Made by a program: the position numbers and the translations under genes. Source: Patellaria atrata CBS 101060 (lineage: Eukaryota). Taken from it: 64,000 nucleotides of DNA. The notes beneath the pieces were generated by a model. The model saw nothing but the letters and a program-made list of their open reading frames with translations. It made no database searches and was not told where the DNA came from. The DNA is taken from NCBI GenBank assembly GCA_010093705.1, contig MU006091.1:930001-994000 (forward strand), read 5' to 3'. Shown here one piece after another: positions 25,979 through 39,405 of this stretch (positions within the stretch are counted from its first letter, which is position 1; every line of letters begins with the position of its first letter).

Positions 25979-27618
25979 TCAGATTTCTACAGTCTTCATC
26001 TCCGACTCGTCTTTCCCAGGCTTAGTCCCGTTAGATGTCCTCTTTTCGGCATTTTCCTTGTCGCTTCCATCAATGCTTATCTTGCCAGTTTTTTCGTTGC
26101 TAATAAGGGGTGAGTCGATAGAGACTAGCTTTTCAACTTCACTCTTCCTCCTAGAATTCATGTCAGTATGAATTTTTATTGGCTGTGGCGCTTCTTCCGC
26201 AACTCTTGCTAGTGGGCTCGAGATATGAGCTCTTGGACTTGACGCTACCGGTGCTTTTGGTCCAAATCGTGCTGGCGACCGTCCACGATCGATATCGGAT
26301 GCTGCAGACGTAGGGCTAGCATAAGGGCTTGCACCAGCTGAAGAGCTACCACCAACATTGGAATTGATGTGCAGAGGCCCGGTTGACCTTCTCTTCGCTT
26401 TTCGCCCGTATCGTTGATCCGTCCGCCATCTTAGAATTTCCATATAAGGTGGTTCTACATTTTGACGTGCTTTGAATTCCAATAGCTTCAAATCGCCTGT
26501 CTCTTCATCGATAGATACTTTGTCTGAACCGAGATCATCGGCTACCATGGCTAGGAATGCTGCCCATGAACGTGAGACAACGTATTTGCAGTCATAGTCG
26601 CGACCAAAGAGTATGACTTGACCCCATTTTCCAGCAGGTCCAGGTGCGAGATCAACAGCTAAACAGTTACCTCCCCAATCTCTAGCAAGAGGTATCCAAG
26701 CAGGATGGGCATACGCTTTTTGGATTGCATTTGGCGGTTGAGAGTCTTGCCGACCGAGTAGTTCTTGCCTCCACAATGGATTGCTAGACTGTTGGAGTAG
26801 CTGCGGCGGTGCTGAAGACGATGAAGCTCCTGCGAACGCTTTGATGGGGAATTGAGGCGTACGATGAGCGGCTGGTTGCGTGAGATATTCTTCATTTACT
26901 GTGCGCCAGTTCGTCCACTCTTCTATAATTTCCTCACAGTCCAACAACATACATCCAAATATGATTCCGGTTGGGCGACCACCACGTTCTTGACCGTCAT
27001 GTACTTGTAAGGATTCGCGGACCTCCATGGGAAGCGTACAGTCCAATTGATGCTCCAGATCGTTAACATCGTTTTGTGTACATGGTTCACATAGATTGTC
27101 AAAGAGCTCGTTGTAATTGTCCTCAGCCCAACGATCGATACGTCTCCAGGAATGTGAAACTGGCGGCGGAGGAGGCAATCCTTCACTGAAATTCTGCATT
27201 TGTATCTCTGCAGAGCTTTTGTCTGGATTCTCCATCTCGGCGGTACCGCGCCGGCTTAAGATTGACCTCATCCCTGGCGAGTAAGGTGATAGGGGAGAAA
27301 GAGGACCTTTTGGTGAACCAATGAAGCCATTGGATGTACTAGGCTCGTCTTGTGCATAGGGAGAGTTCAGGTCTGCTCTCGATTCCATGGCGCTTGTCGC
27401 AACCGATGTGAGAGGTGCATGACGACTTTGAGGGAGTGGGACGTGCTGGCCTGTTCTGTAGGGAGAGTCGTGCTCGGCATGACGGTCATTGGAAGATATA
27501 GCATGCCAAAAGGAACGCAGTGAAGCCGCGATACTATCTCCAGTCAGTATCTTCGACTACACTAAGGTGATGAAATGCGTGAGCAGCGCGAGATGGATTA
27601 AGCACACCTTGGAGCCAT
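25979..27618 (-). CDS. SMI1: Cell-wall glucan synthesis regulator Smi1/Knr4 (SUKH domain)
   Basis: SWRRIDRWAEDNY...LDCTLPMEVRESLQVHDGQE and YAHPAWIPLARDWGGNCLAVDLAPGPAGKWGQVILFGRD. An 11-nt first exon (27618-27608) splices to SIAASLRSFWHAISSNDRHA, extending the ORF-track call. Confidence 0.92.
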
Positions 27619-28821
27619 CACTGGCGGTTGTTGAGAAATTGAAGTGGTCACTCTGGCGGTAGACCCTCGTTGTAGAGGGTAATAAATCTAGCGAGCGTAT
27701 CTAATTTGGAAGAGATATCCTCTTGGGTTGGAGTTGAGTGGTTGTTGAAAAGAAAGTGTGAGGTTTTAGAGTTGAAGTTGGCAACGGCCCCTGCAAAATG
27801 TAATGTCAATAATATGACGCGGGAAAGGGGCGCCCAATGTCGAATGTCGAGGCGATCGCGCCTTCCCGTTTTCTTTTTTAGCCGTGAGCAGAGAGAGTAA
27901 GGATAAGTTAACGTCAAGGTAACAATAATGAGATATTGTGACCTTCTATGTAATGAATATGTCCTAGACAAAGGCAGTTGCTGAACAATTCGATGCTTTC
28001 GTCTTTGACATTTATCACTAACGCCCCTTCGCGCGGTTGTTGTAGATAAGACGCGGGAGTTGTCTACCAAAACACAACAAAGCTCCAGCGGGCAACGACA
28101 AGTCTGAACTACATATGTAACCCTTAATCTCATCGCCACATAATGCTTGTACTGTCTATCCCGTAGGTACTTGTACATAACCGGTAGACTATATCAAGGG
28201 CGGCGATATTCTGTACTCCTTCGACTCGCCGTCATGTTTCGCTAAAGTATGAAACGCCGTGAAGACTGAGGTTAGACGACGAAACAAGACATTTTCATGA
28301 TCAGGAGTACACCTTGCCACAGCCCTGCTATACAAAGATAGGTATGAACCTGTACCTCTTGTTGCCCTCTATAGAATTAACGCGCTATAGGACGCCTGCA
28401 TATATCCAAAATCATACCCAATTAACAGCCAGACGATTGAATCGGGACTTCATAACCCGAATTCAAGTGGCGACAAACTCCGAAAATAGCACAAATTGTA
28501 GGAAGAGAGGAGTGAGGGACTAGAGCTTATGGTTCTCTTTATAATCACCCCGCCAATGTCTATTTCCGCTTCCGATTGTGAAGATGCCACACAGGAGTTT
28601 GGGGTCAAGGTGATGGTGAAGTAGTTCTGTTTTCTGCCGTTTCTATCGGACCGGGCGGTGAGAATCGATATTGGGCAGCCTTCGCGGTACATGTTATTTT
28701 TCCAACAACGCAACTTTATCTATGACTCAAATTTGTACAAGCTTCTACTCCCGATTTAATACTCCATGGTCGCTGTCATAGCGATCGCATTATCCTGTCT
28801 AGTCTGCGTGCCTTACCGTGC

Positions 28822-30455
28822 ATGCTGTTCCCAAGAAGGTGGCACTACAATCTATTTTCTGCCACAAGCAATCTGAGAAGATCGTATCTTCATACGTCTA
28901 TACAATCCCGCTCTCCCCAGTTCGAAAACCTCGAAATCCAGAGCATGGCGTCTCGACAAGTACAGCTCAAAACCCCTAAAGGGACCCGCGACTGGTTTGG
29001 CTCGGATTGTGTTCTGCGGGATCATATCTTGTACCTACACACAAATAGACCCTCCATTGCACCGCAGCTAACACGTGCGCAGCGAAACTATTAGCGGAGT
29101 ATTCAAACGCCATGGTGCCGTTCCATTGGACACTCCCGTTTTCGAACTTAAGGATGTTCTGACCGGCAGTATGTTCCCTCTCTCGTCCAGTTATCAAACG
29201 AGGCTGACCCACTCCAGAGTATGGTGAAGATTCACGTCTGATATACGACCTCCAAGATCAAGGAGGCGAGGCTTGCTCCTTACGTTTCGATCTCACAGTT
29301 CCCTTCGCACGATGGCTGGCAATGAACAAGGTCACCCAAGTGAAGCGCTACCAGATCGCCCGCGTTTATCGGAGAGATCAGCCAGCCATAGCCCGTGGTC
29401 GTCTACGCGAGTTTCATCAAATTGATTTCGATATTGCAGGTGAATACGACACTATGATACCCGACTCAGAGATCCTTCGCATCATAGTTGAGGTCTTCAA
29501 GGCGCTTGAGTTGGATATCACAATCAAGATGAATCACAGGAAGATTCTAGACGGAATATTTACAGTAGCTGGAGTGCCGGGTGACAAAATTCGTACCATC
29601 AGCTCAGCCGTCGATAAGCTTGACAAATCGCCTTGGGCTGACGTTAAGAAAGAAATGACCGAGGAAAAAGGTCTACCTGAAGAAGTCGCTGATAAAATCG
29701 GGGAGTACGTAAAAGAGAAGGGTTCAGTTCGCGAAATATTAGATTTTCTAAAGTCTGATTCGTCGCTCGTTGAAGACCAAAATATCAGAGCAGGCATCGA
29801 GGATATCGAATTGCTGCTGGTCTACGTAGAAGCATTTAATATCTCAAGTAGTATCTCCTTTGATCTATCGTTAGCTCGAGGACTTGACTATTATACATCG
29901 TTAATCTTCGAAGTTCTCCACACACCTCAACAGACAGAAGTCCCTGGACTTCCCAAAGGGGGCAAAGATCAAGCTACCCAAGTAGGAAGCATCGGCGCCG
30001 GCGGACGTTATGACAATCTAGTGGGCATCTTCGGCAAAAAGCCAATCCCATGTGTCGGCATCTCGTTCGGAGCGGACCGTATCTACACAATCCTAAAGGC
30101 TCAAAAGGAACGAGAAGCGGCCGCACCGACACAGGAGATTGACGTATATGTCATGGCTTTCGGAGCAGGCAAAGAGTTCACCGGACTTCTTCCCGAGAGA
30201 CTACAGGTATGTGGACAGCTGTGGGACGCTGGCATACGGGCCAGCTTCTCTGCGAAAGCGAAGCCAAAGCTTCCCCAGCAGTTCAAGGCAGCGGAGGGTG
30301 TGCCTCTTGCTGTTATTCTAGGCCAGGACGAGTTGGCGGACGGTAAACTGAAGATTAAAGTCTTGGGTCTGCCTGATGGGCACCCGGAGAAGGAGGGTGT
30401 GTTGATCGAGAAGACGGATTTGGTGGAGGAGGTGCGGAAACGGCTTCAGCGGTAA
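28822..30455 (+). CDS. HTS1: Histidyl-tRNA synthetase (cytosolic and probably mitochondrial isoforms)
   Basis: [67 protein letters not shown]; introns at about 29031-29082 and 29169-29217; second in-frame ATG at 28945. Confidence 0.96.
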
Positions 30456-31479
30456 GATAGAATGGAAGCGGTCGGTATCGCTTTTCTTTCCATACAAGAC
30501 CTAGAGCAGGCTATTACTGTACCTTATTTTCTTAAATGCATAGGAGAGCAGAGCTGGAGCAACCTGAATACCCAATCCGTTCGATGTGATACGAAAAGTT
30601 CCAGTCTGTTTACAATTTGTGGATCAATCCAGGCAATTCGGAGTCTAACTCTACAACACATTAACCAGAACTATCGGTTTTGGCCACGTTTGAAAAAATA
30701 ACCCGTAGCTCAACACTAGTTCTGGTACAGAATATTATCGCTGCTCTTGCACTACTGTATGCATAAAGTCCGTACCAAAAATAACCGATCGACCTGATCT
30801 TCGACGTGCGGTACCTTTAGCCGACAAACAGTGGCGTCGCCACTCGAATACTGTAACGTCTGACCAGAAGGAATGATAGGGAACTGTGGAATCTCATTAT
30901 AGTATTCACTGGTCTATCGCATCTCCTTCCTGCTTAATTGGAGAAATGTATTTGGTTACTTTGGTACTTTACTTTTACAGAGAGTACCTTAGTTCTGCAG
31001 TATATATCAACGATATTGCACACCACCTGTGCCACCGCCATCTCACCAGTTTTCCGTGAACACCATACCGTTGGAAACCGGATAGTGGGGGGCCGAGGAC
31101 TGTAAGTCCCGTGAAGTAGGGAGCCATGGAACTTTTCCTAACGTCGAATTCTCTATAAGTGATGTCTTTGCGGCTGGTGGTGTTTGTAGAACTTGAGGAC
31201 CTAGAGAGTGACGCAATCATAGAGAGGCTCTCAGACACTGTCTGGGTTCTGATCATGGTTACGGATCCTGGCTAGGCGAGCGGATGAGGTGATTTTAGAA
31301 GAGAGTTGTGGAGTGCCTCGAGTGTGTTTAATATATGTGCGGATTATCTTCCTCTTTGACGGTTTACAGTTGCTATATAGTCTTTCCGGTAAATTTACAC
31401 GACTCGTCTTGCAAAGAGAGCACTATTTGCTCTACAGAAGCTTGCAGGAATACCTATTGGTATATTTAGCAAATTTCAC

Positions 31480-32701
31480 GAGAGAATCAGTAATTATGGA
31501 TCCTTACCGGATCTTCTAGACCGCTGCTCGGATCAGCGAAACAGCGAAGAGAGTGAGAAACTGCATTAGGGAAGGCTGCAGAGAGGTCATCTCTCTCTCT
31601 CTGCCCACCCACTGCTGTGCAATAGCTAAATCTCTTAAATCAGTGGGACCACTGTAACTACCCATCTCAGGAGGGATGTTTTGCTGCTCATAGCCGCGCC
31701 CAAAACATAATTATAACGTAATACCAAGGGATAATAGGCTGCTGTTCTGGTTATCGAAAAGGTGTTCCCCTTTCCAGCACCCTGTTTGTGAGGGAGACAT
31801 GGGTGTTCGATATCGACAGATAAACCTTGGTCCAATGACTGGTAAAACATAATATCATTCTTGCTCCATTGATTATCGAACCACTGCGTTGCATGAAGCT
31901 GGAGAACGGACGAGGCTAAAGTCACGGTTAAGATGTTTCTCTCCTTTTCCGTTAACTTGGTAGGTGTACGGTTGTGCTACAGGAGGTGAAGTTATGAGCT
32001 CTTTTAGAGAAATCATGTCGAGATTGAGATTGGGGCTTTTGCTGTCGGACACTTCGTAAACTCCGCGAAGCTTGCCTTTGTGGTCTAAGTCGAAGCCGAG
32101 ACGCGAGCCAGGTGGTTTGAACTGCGTAATCGCATGGCATAGATCCGTGACTTCCATGAGTTTCGAGCTATGAGTAGTCTTATTTGATGTCGGAAATGGG
32201 GTCCTTGGGAGAGTGGGACATTGAAAGCTGACCACTCTGCTGGTGCTGGAGAAGTGTTAATATCATCTAGCAAATAGACGAATTCACGATAAGAAAGACA
32301 CGGTACTTGAGTGATCATAGTAGTAAGTCTAAGCTAAAACAAGCAAATTGTTGGGCATCCGCCGTTCGGCTGCAACGACCAGAACTGATAACGGTGAAAT
32401 AAACCTACTTTGGTCGAAGAGTAACATCTTCCTCAAGAAAATAAATTTCGGCTTCTTGCCATACCCACGGCGCGGATAGGCCAGAAAATCTGACTGTAAA
32501 GCAAGTCTCTCCTAGATTCTCACCCCCGGAGTGCCGTTCGCTAGATTTTACGAAGGTTCACTCTCTGTTCCAATTTGAGGTTAGTAGAATGTGACAATTT
32601 ACAGGAGCATTTCCAAGTATCCATGAGGACTATATGGAGGCTCTTGGCGCAGGACTGTATTTTTTGTAAACGTCTCGAGAAAGACGTCCGTATCTTCGCC
32701 C
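31480..32701 (-). pseudogene. Frameshifted relic of a fungal-specific protein family with a C-terminal kinase-like region
   Basis: Fragments in shifting frames: IQSCAKSLHIVLMDTWKCSCKLSHSTNLKLEQR, VTDLCHAI, ISLKELI, TLASSVLQLHATQWFDNQWSKNDIMF, LLSLGITL*LCFG, FPNAVSHSLRCF. Family recognised from memory. Truncated at the LINE poly(A). Confidence 0.65.
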
Positions 32702-34577
32702 TTTTTTTTTTTAAAAAAATCCATTGTATTGCATTATCTACAATACTGTGCATGCAGCCTCTTGGACTATGGCGCTACTCTTCTATCTACATAAATCCCT
32801 ATCCTAGGGCAATAATATGTCTAGTGAGCGTGTCTGAGGAGTGAATCTCCCCAGTTGTCCAAACTTTGCAGTCTAATCCAAGCATTAGAAAAACTGAACC
32901 AACTCCACTGTATCCTTTGCTCTTCGATTACCTGCATCATATTTCGATCTAGTTTTTCCCCTGTATGCTATCATTTTTAATATGTTTCTTGTTCTTCTTC
33001 ATTTTATTTCTCTTTTATGTAGCAGCCATTTAGCTGTTGAGATTTGTGTATTGTGTAAGTATTGGAAGAGTACTTCTTTCCCCTTTTCTGTACAAAAGAG
33101 ATTGGTTAATGTCATTCTTGACTTTAGCTGCTTCTCTATGATTTTACGTTCCTCGGAGTAATGTTTGCAGTAAAGAATCAGGTGTCTTGGGCTTTGGATT
33201 AACCTACAGTCTCCAAAACATTTCCCTTCAGTATCCTTTCCAATTCTCTTGGAGTATGACTTGAAGAAGCCTACTCCACTCTTCAGCTGAAAGAATGTTG
33301 CTTAGGTCCTCTTTGGATATTTTGGGATCGTTGATTTGGTTGAGAATGAGATTGCTGCTCTACACACTTGGGTGTAATGCTTCCCTTGTCTTCTAGGGTT
33401 TGTTTCCCATTGCTTTTCCAATCTGTTGTGATCTTTTCTCTACTTATACGTTTCAGGTGGCTAAGTGAGATGAATGATGCTTGTATAGATTTCATTTCTA
33501 ATCCAAGCTTTGCTAATTTGTCTGCCAGCTCATTGCCAAAGATGCCTTTGTGGCTTGGAACCCAGCTGAAGTTGACATTCATGCCCCCTTCTGTTATCAG
33601 GATGTCATACTGATTGCCTATCAATGTGACCAGTTCTTGTCCTCCTTCAAGGCAGTTCTTCCGTAGTCTTTTAATTGCTGCTTGGCTATCAATAAAGATC
33701 CAAACTGTTTGGAGGGTCGATTGTCCCTTTTCTTTTTCTTTTCTTTTCTTTTCCTTTCCATTGCTTTAAGCTCTGCTTTAAGCTCTGCATCCATGAATTC
33801 AATGCTGTCTCCCAGGTTCCAGTTGCTGGCAAATAGAATTAAGTTGTCTTTACCTATTTTACAAGCTCCTGTTGCATTTTTGTTGTCGTCTTTTGACCAT
33901 TCTGTGTAATACACACTGGTCTTTCTGTCCTTCAATTCTGGTACCAGACACTTGAGCAGCTGATTGTGTTCCTTAGCGGCCTTCTCTTTGTCTTTCTTAG
34001 AGATATAGATGTTTGCCTGCATTGTGTCCTTCCAGGGTGGTATGCATTGTGCCATCATTCTCTCAATCTTCCAATTTCTGATAAGCGTTTGGTTCCTAGC
34101 TATAAGCTTCATCAGCTGACTTTTGGGGCTGGGAATATACTTTGTTGCTAGGTTCTCCATCTCTGACTCATACCCTAGGCATGGCTCTAGAATATCTCTA
34201 TCACATTCTTGTCTAATCATTTTCTTGACCAGAAGATTTTTCTGGAACTTCAGAGTTCTGAATGCGTAGGAGTTACAGAGTTCTCAAATCTGACAGCTGG
34301 AGGAGGTAGGGCTGCTTCTATCTCCATGGCCATGCTTGGAGGTGTATTAAATGCCCCTAGAATGAGACGTGTCGCTTTATTTTGCAGCTGTTGGTATTTT
34401 CCTACTTGTTGACCATTTCTGTTCTCGCTGTTCCACCAGACTGGTACTCCAAATTCTGCAATAGAGTTGACACATGATACATAAAGTTGGCGCATTGCAT
34501 GCATTGATAGACCTCTCTGTGTGTTTCCTAGTTTTTTAATCAAGTATAGTGCATTTTCAGCACTACCACCTGACATG
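32702..34577 (-). mobile_element. 5'-truncated, frameshifted non-LTR retrotransposon (Tad1/I-like LINE): RT thumb, RNase H, Cys/His C-terminal domain, 3' UTR and poly(A)
   Basis: RQLYVSCVNSIAEFGVPVWW...LQNKATRLILGAFNTPP..MEIEAALPP; RNase H motifs YYTEWSK (degenerate YTDGSK), DAEL and FSWVPSHKGIFGNELADKLAK; C..C..SPRHLILYCKHY; minus-strand poly(A) is the T-run at 32702-32712. Confidence 0.9.
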
Positions 34578-36661
34578 AAAGGCAGTCATACCCTCCTCGT
34601 TTCTTCCTAAAACCTCCAGGTCCTCCAATAGTCTCACTTTCCTCTTGAAGGCTTTTTACGCACATAACATCATCGTAGTTTCCTACTTGAGGATCTACCC
34701 ATTCAATATTGGTTGCAGCCACTACAAACATATTTGAACCCTCCCCTCATCATGCACCAAACTCCCAAGTATCACAGCGCACAAAACCTCTACATTCAAA
34801 AGTCTGCCCCATCTAAAAACCCAACCCGCCTTATCCTAAAAGCCGACCACCGGTTCTCATCATGTCTTGGGCAAAGGTTATCCTCCAGCGTAAGTTTTAT
34901 CACTTCCCTTACCCATGGCTGATCTACGCAAAGGTACATCCGCTTCCGCTCTACAGATCTCAAGAACAACCCGGCATCATATTGCAGCGCAGCCATCAGC
35001 ACATCAGTCTTGCTCCCGGCTCGTTGGATGAACAACAACAACAACACCGACCCCCGACGTGAGCTTACCACCCAAGCTTTCAGGGACATAAACGAGAGTG
35101 TCGACAAGATCAATAGGAGTCTTAGCGGCCACAGGTGACGGATCTTCAAAGTGATTTTCTGCGTAGAGAGACTTTGACTAACTACGAAAGAGATGGGATG
35201 CTTCTAGATGAGGATGTAGTAAAGATTATCACGCAAAGCGCAGGATGTATATACATACTAAAAAATCAACACATCACTGACGCAAAACACTCACACACGT
35301 TCTTTGAAGACTTAGAGCTAACACGAATACGCAAATTAATTTAAATTCCCCCCTCCAGTGACGACCGTGTGAGATACGTGATACAGGTGGGAGTTCATAA
35401 TTTGTAGGTAAATGTTACCTTGAGGTATTGTGACTGGATAATCACATGAGCGCGGAGTAGGGGACCTTTCAAGGGAGAAAGTAAGTTTCCTGATGAGCAG
35501 TTCCTCTCCGGTGAGTAGGTATTTCTTCCTTAATGAGTAGTTCTTCCTTGATGCGTACTACTTCCTTGGAAATACGTGCCGCTACAGAACACCATGGCAA
35601 CGAGGGCAAATCTGACCAATTCCCACCAGAAATTGGACCGTAGTAGCGCGAGCCTGAACCGACAATGTCGATAGTAACCAAATGTCTCTAGACTTCCCTA
35701 TAGAATAATCGAAAATCTCTGGACCTCTCCATCGAATAAATAACGTGACGAACCGTGACAAGCACAATAGCTCCCCACCTCAGCGCAACAACAAAGAGAA
35801 ACATAACAACCAACGACACATGGGAAAGGGGGGATAACGGAACCCAGTCCGACCCCCTCTACTCCTACTGAACCGCTCCTCGTGAAGTCGTATCCGACAA
35901 GAGATGTGATATTCAGCAGAACGTACGGGAAACCTCGCACCCCGTTTCAATAAGCAAAACGATATAAACCCGCTTCCCGTACAGCCTCGCGCTCAAAACA
36001 TCCGGATTCGATACCGACGGAGGTGTAGAGAAGGAGGTTTCAACCCTTCATCTGGGTGGTGGTAAGTCAGCGGTACACTTGATACGCCAAAACGTTTATT
36101 TTTGCGGAAAGAGCAGTTCGTCTCTGATGAGCAATACGGTACAGACGGTTTAAAACACGTTCGCGGCGTATGGACTAGAGAAATCACACATTTGAAGTTA
36201 TATGTTCAGATTATGCTCGCCATTCACCGGCATTTATGATACAAAGTCTTCCCGTGGAAGAGGCAGCCTACGCTCGATACCCAGCCCTAATGGAACGGAC
36301 AGCCCCGTATGACAAAAAGCCTTTTTATCGCAACAGGGGCCATGTTATTCGGGAGGCAGACAGATTTTTGCAGTGCAACGCAGAGGGACATAAGAGATAA
36401 AAACAAAGAGCACAAGTAATTTGTGACGCAGAATGATGAAGTGGAAAGAAAAAATGGAGAAAAGGAAAACCAATCGTCCAAGTCGTGAACCCAGATTGCC
36501 CCCCCCCCCCCTCCCCGGAAGAAGAAATGAGCAGCTGGTAGGGAAGGCAAACTATGCAGCGCGCGTAAATAAAAGCAAAATACAAATTGCTGAAATGAAG
36601 CTTGAAGGGATTTAAGTCGAAGAATGAATAGAAGCGAGGGCTTTGGCGGCAGCAAGCCAAA

Positions 36662-39026
36662 CTAGTAGTTGCTGCCTGCGAGCAGTTGTTGGGGTGGACC
36701 CATGCTCACACCCATCCCCATCGAAGGCAGATCCGATATTGAGGTGGACATCGAAAGACCGGAAGGCAAGTAAGCGTGTTCGGACTCGGGGGACTCCTCC
36801 TCCAAAGACCCAAGCTGATCTTCGTCGTTTTCGAGGTCCTCTTCGCTGTAGTTGCCGACTGGCTCACCATCTGGACGAGGTTCATGAGTGCGACGATGTC
36901 TAAAAATAAATATGTAAGTAGGATGATCATGATTTAAAAAGTCATATAGACGGAACGTACTGTGCCAGGTTGTCGGATCTTGAGAAAGCCTTGCTGCAGA
37001 GCGGGCATACATACGGTCGCTCTTGGGTGTGGGTGCGCACGTGTCTAAGCGCTGTGTCAGCGGCTGTGGCCAGTACGGTGCGAAAGCCACACAAGAGCGG
37101 AAATTTGAGTGTCTACAAGTAATAAGCGGGGGCGCTTACCTTTTGAGATGCTCTAGCCTCTTGAACAGCCTTCCGCAGGTTGGAATGGGGCAAGAGTGAG
37201 ATTTTTGTGGATACGGTCCAAGTTCCATCATCGTTGCACTTCGCGCTCTCCGGAAAACGCCGGGTGCCGATCGCGTAACTGCAGCGTGATGGAGAGAAGA
37301 TGAGTCGGAATAGTCACCGTTGGTGAGATTCGCGATATCATCTTGCTGCAATAGCTGCATAGGCTTCTGTTCCGGGCTGGCCTCAACTGTTGCGAGAGGT
37401 GTGCCGTGACGCGAGAAAACCTGTGGCGGGTAGTCGACAGTTTCCTTGGTATGGGGAAGGGTAGGGTTATAGCTGCTTTGAGGAGAGTTGTGAGCGCTCT
37501 CGTCAGCTTCTGGGACGGGCATCACTGATGCAGACATCGATCTCCGAAGATCGCTCGGTCTGTGAACGTGATGGGCACCACCAGTAGCAGTCACTGCAGC
37601 TGCTACACCGGTAGAGAGAGATGATCGTCGTCTTCGTTGCTTGTATGTCGGAGATCCCTCGATGACCGAGTACACGTTCGTCGGGGGATATGGTCGAGAT
37701 ACGCCGGAAAATTGCTGCCCAACCAAATTTGACGGCGGGAGCTGCATCAAGGGGTTGAAAGAATTCGATACTCCAAGATCGGGAATAGCAGTGTATAAGC
37801 CGGTGTCTTCATTAGCAATGTAAGCAGGTTCAGCACCAAGCGGCATGGAGTGTTGGGGAGGGGTAAGAGGCTCAAATGAGATAGCTCTGGTGCTGTAGTC
37901 CTCGTAATGCGACGAAACGAAGGAAGGAGCGGGAGAATATTCCATATAAGCTGGCATAGAGCTATGGCGCTGATGGACCTGGGAAAGGGGAATGCCATTC
38001 CTATCGTATTGCATGGTAGTATAGTCTCGTTCTCGGCTCTTCATGACACCTCCTCCCATACCGCCGGGCATCATATGGTTATAACCGCTCATCGTATTCA
38101 TGCCCTCGTCTGGAACGGTGGGTGGCATCGCTTGCTGTGGTATCGCTGGTGGAGGCATTGAATCTACGGCCCTCATAACTGGAGATGTGGACTGAGAGTA
38201 CGACTGCTGGACATTGCTGTTGAATGACGAGGAATTGGTTTGTTGAGCTTTCGTAAGTTGCTCAAAGAGCGACTGTGAAGAATCAAACTCGAACGATAAA
38301 GCTGGCTCATTTACTGCCACAGTGGTCGCCTCTTGACCCATCTTCTCGCGCTTAAGATCTCGCTCCAAGGCATCCAGGAAGAGTCTATCGTGCGGTACGC
38401 TGTACCAATAGAACACCTTTTGTTTTTTTTGAGTTCGAATGCAGTTATTCTTGTAGAGGAAATCCAAGAAACCACTCTTGGGCTCTTCCAATGATGCATC
38501 TGTCCCCGATTTCAAGTTTCTTAGGTCGGAGAAAATTCCTTCCTCGAACTTCTTCGAGTTCTTCACCGGCCTTCCAAAGGCCTGGAAGCGAAAAGAAAGG
38601 CATCGCACAATATCTGTGCCTGAAATGTGGAAGAGATTATTCCTAAACTAAGAGTTAGTTGCGCTTATTCTGAATCATAACAACAAGCATGTTGGCGACG
38701 AGAAGCGTACCATAGAACGCAAGAGACATATTCGCCAGTTGGTAGCAAGAAGCGGCGAATGTATTGATCGGGACTCCAGTCAACTGGAGCAGATATAAGA
38801 AAGTATTTGACTGTGTTTCGTGTTAGTGTCACGTCTCGATCAGGTAGCAGGCCATATATGAGGCCGTGATATAAGGCGATGATAACATACGATTATCAAC
38901 TTGCTGGAGAGCTACAATGGAATCTGGTGGCAGGCTTTGCTGAGCATCCTGATCTAATAGAAAAGTTTCGGGGGCAACAGATCGTGACTGAGGTGGAGGC
39001 ATTGAGCCATGAGAATTTGAGTACAT
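36662..39026 (-). CDS. STE12: Ste12-like transcription factor (STE homeodomain plus two C2H2 zinc fingers)
   Basis: [114 protein letters not shown]; five exons. Confidence 0.96.
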
Positions 39027-39398
39027 GTTGCGCAGCGATGGGCTCAACACGCCTCAGTGGTAAGTGATCAAACAATAGCACTGAACACTAGGTGCAGCGA
39101 GTTTGATATTGAAGGGTGATGAATTGATACGGGTAGAAGTTTTGAGGCTCTCGCAAACGGTCCTGCCAGGTCGAAATTTGTGTATGGTGAAGCGTAAAAC
39201 GAAGGAAAAGTTGATATGGGGCGTTTGAGATATGTTTATGAGAATTGAAGATGTATCGAGGGCCTGCCTCACTGCTCTGCTACAACGTGCTGTGTGTGAA
39301 CGAAGTTGAGAACCAAGGGGACGTGAAGGCTCCTGATGAAACGAAGGAGAGGGGAAGGGCAGCACTTTAGTTTGTCGGAGACAGGCAGGGGGCTGACA

Positions 39399-39405
39399 TG
39401 AAACA
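39399..39405. promoter_or_regulatory. Pheromone response element (TGAAACA) upstream of STE12
   Basis: Exact TGAAACA about 370 bp upstream of the ATG; near match TGAAACG at 39337-39343; another exact copy at 40874-40880. Confidence 0.35.

Noticed and set aside
34600..35350. Possible plus-strand gene fragment with a GTAAGT...GCTGAT...AAG intron beside the LINE 5' end
   Set aside because: Frames are interrupted and no family is recognisable, so it is insufficient to call even a pseudogene
37113..37139. Proximal TTGTAG|ACAC acceptor in the STE12 intron mimicking the true acceptor
   Set aside because: It would define a 27-nt intron, too short and lacking a good branch site
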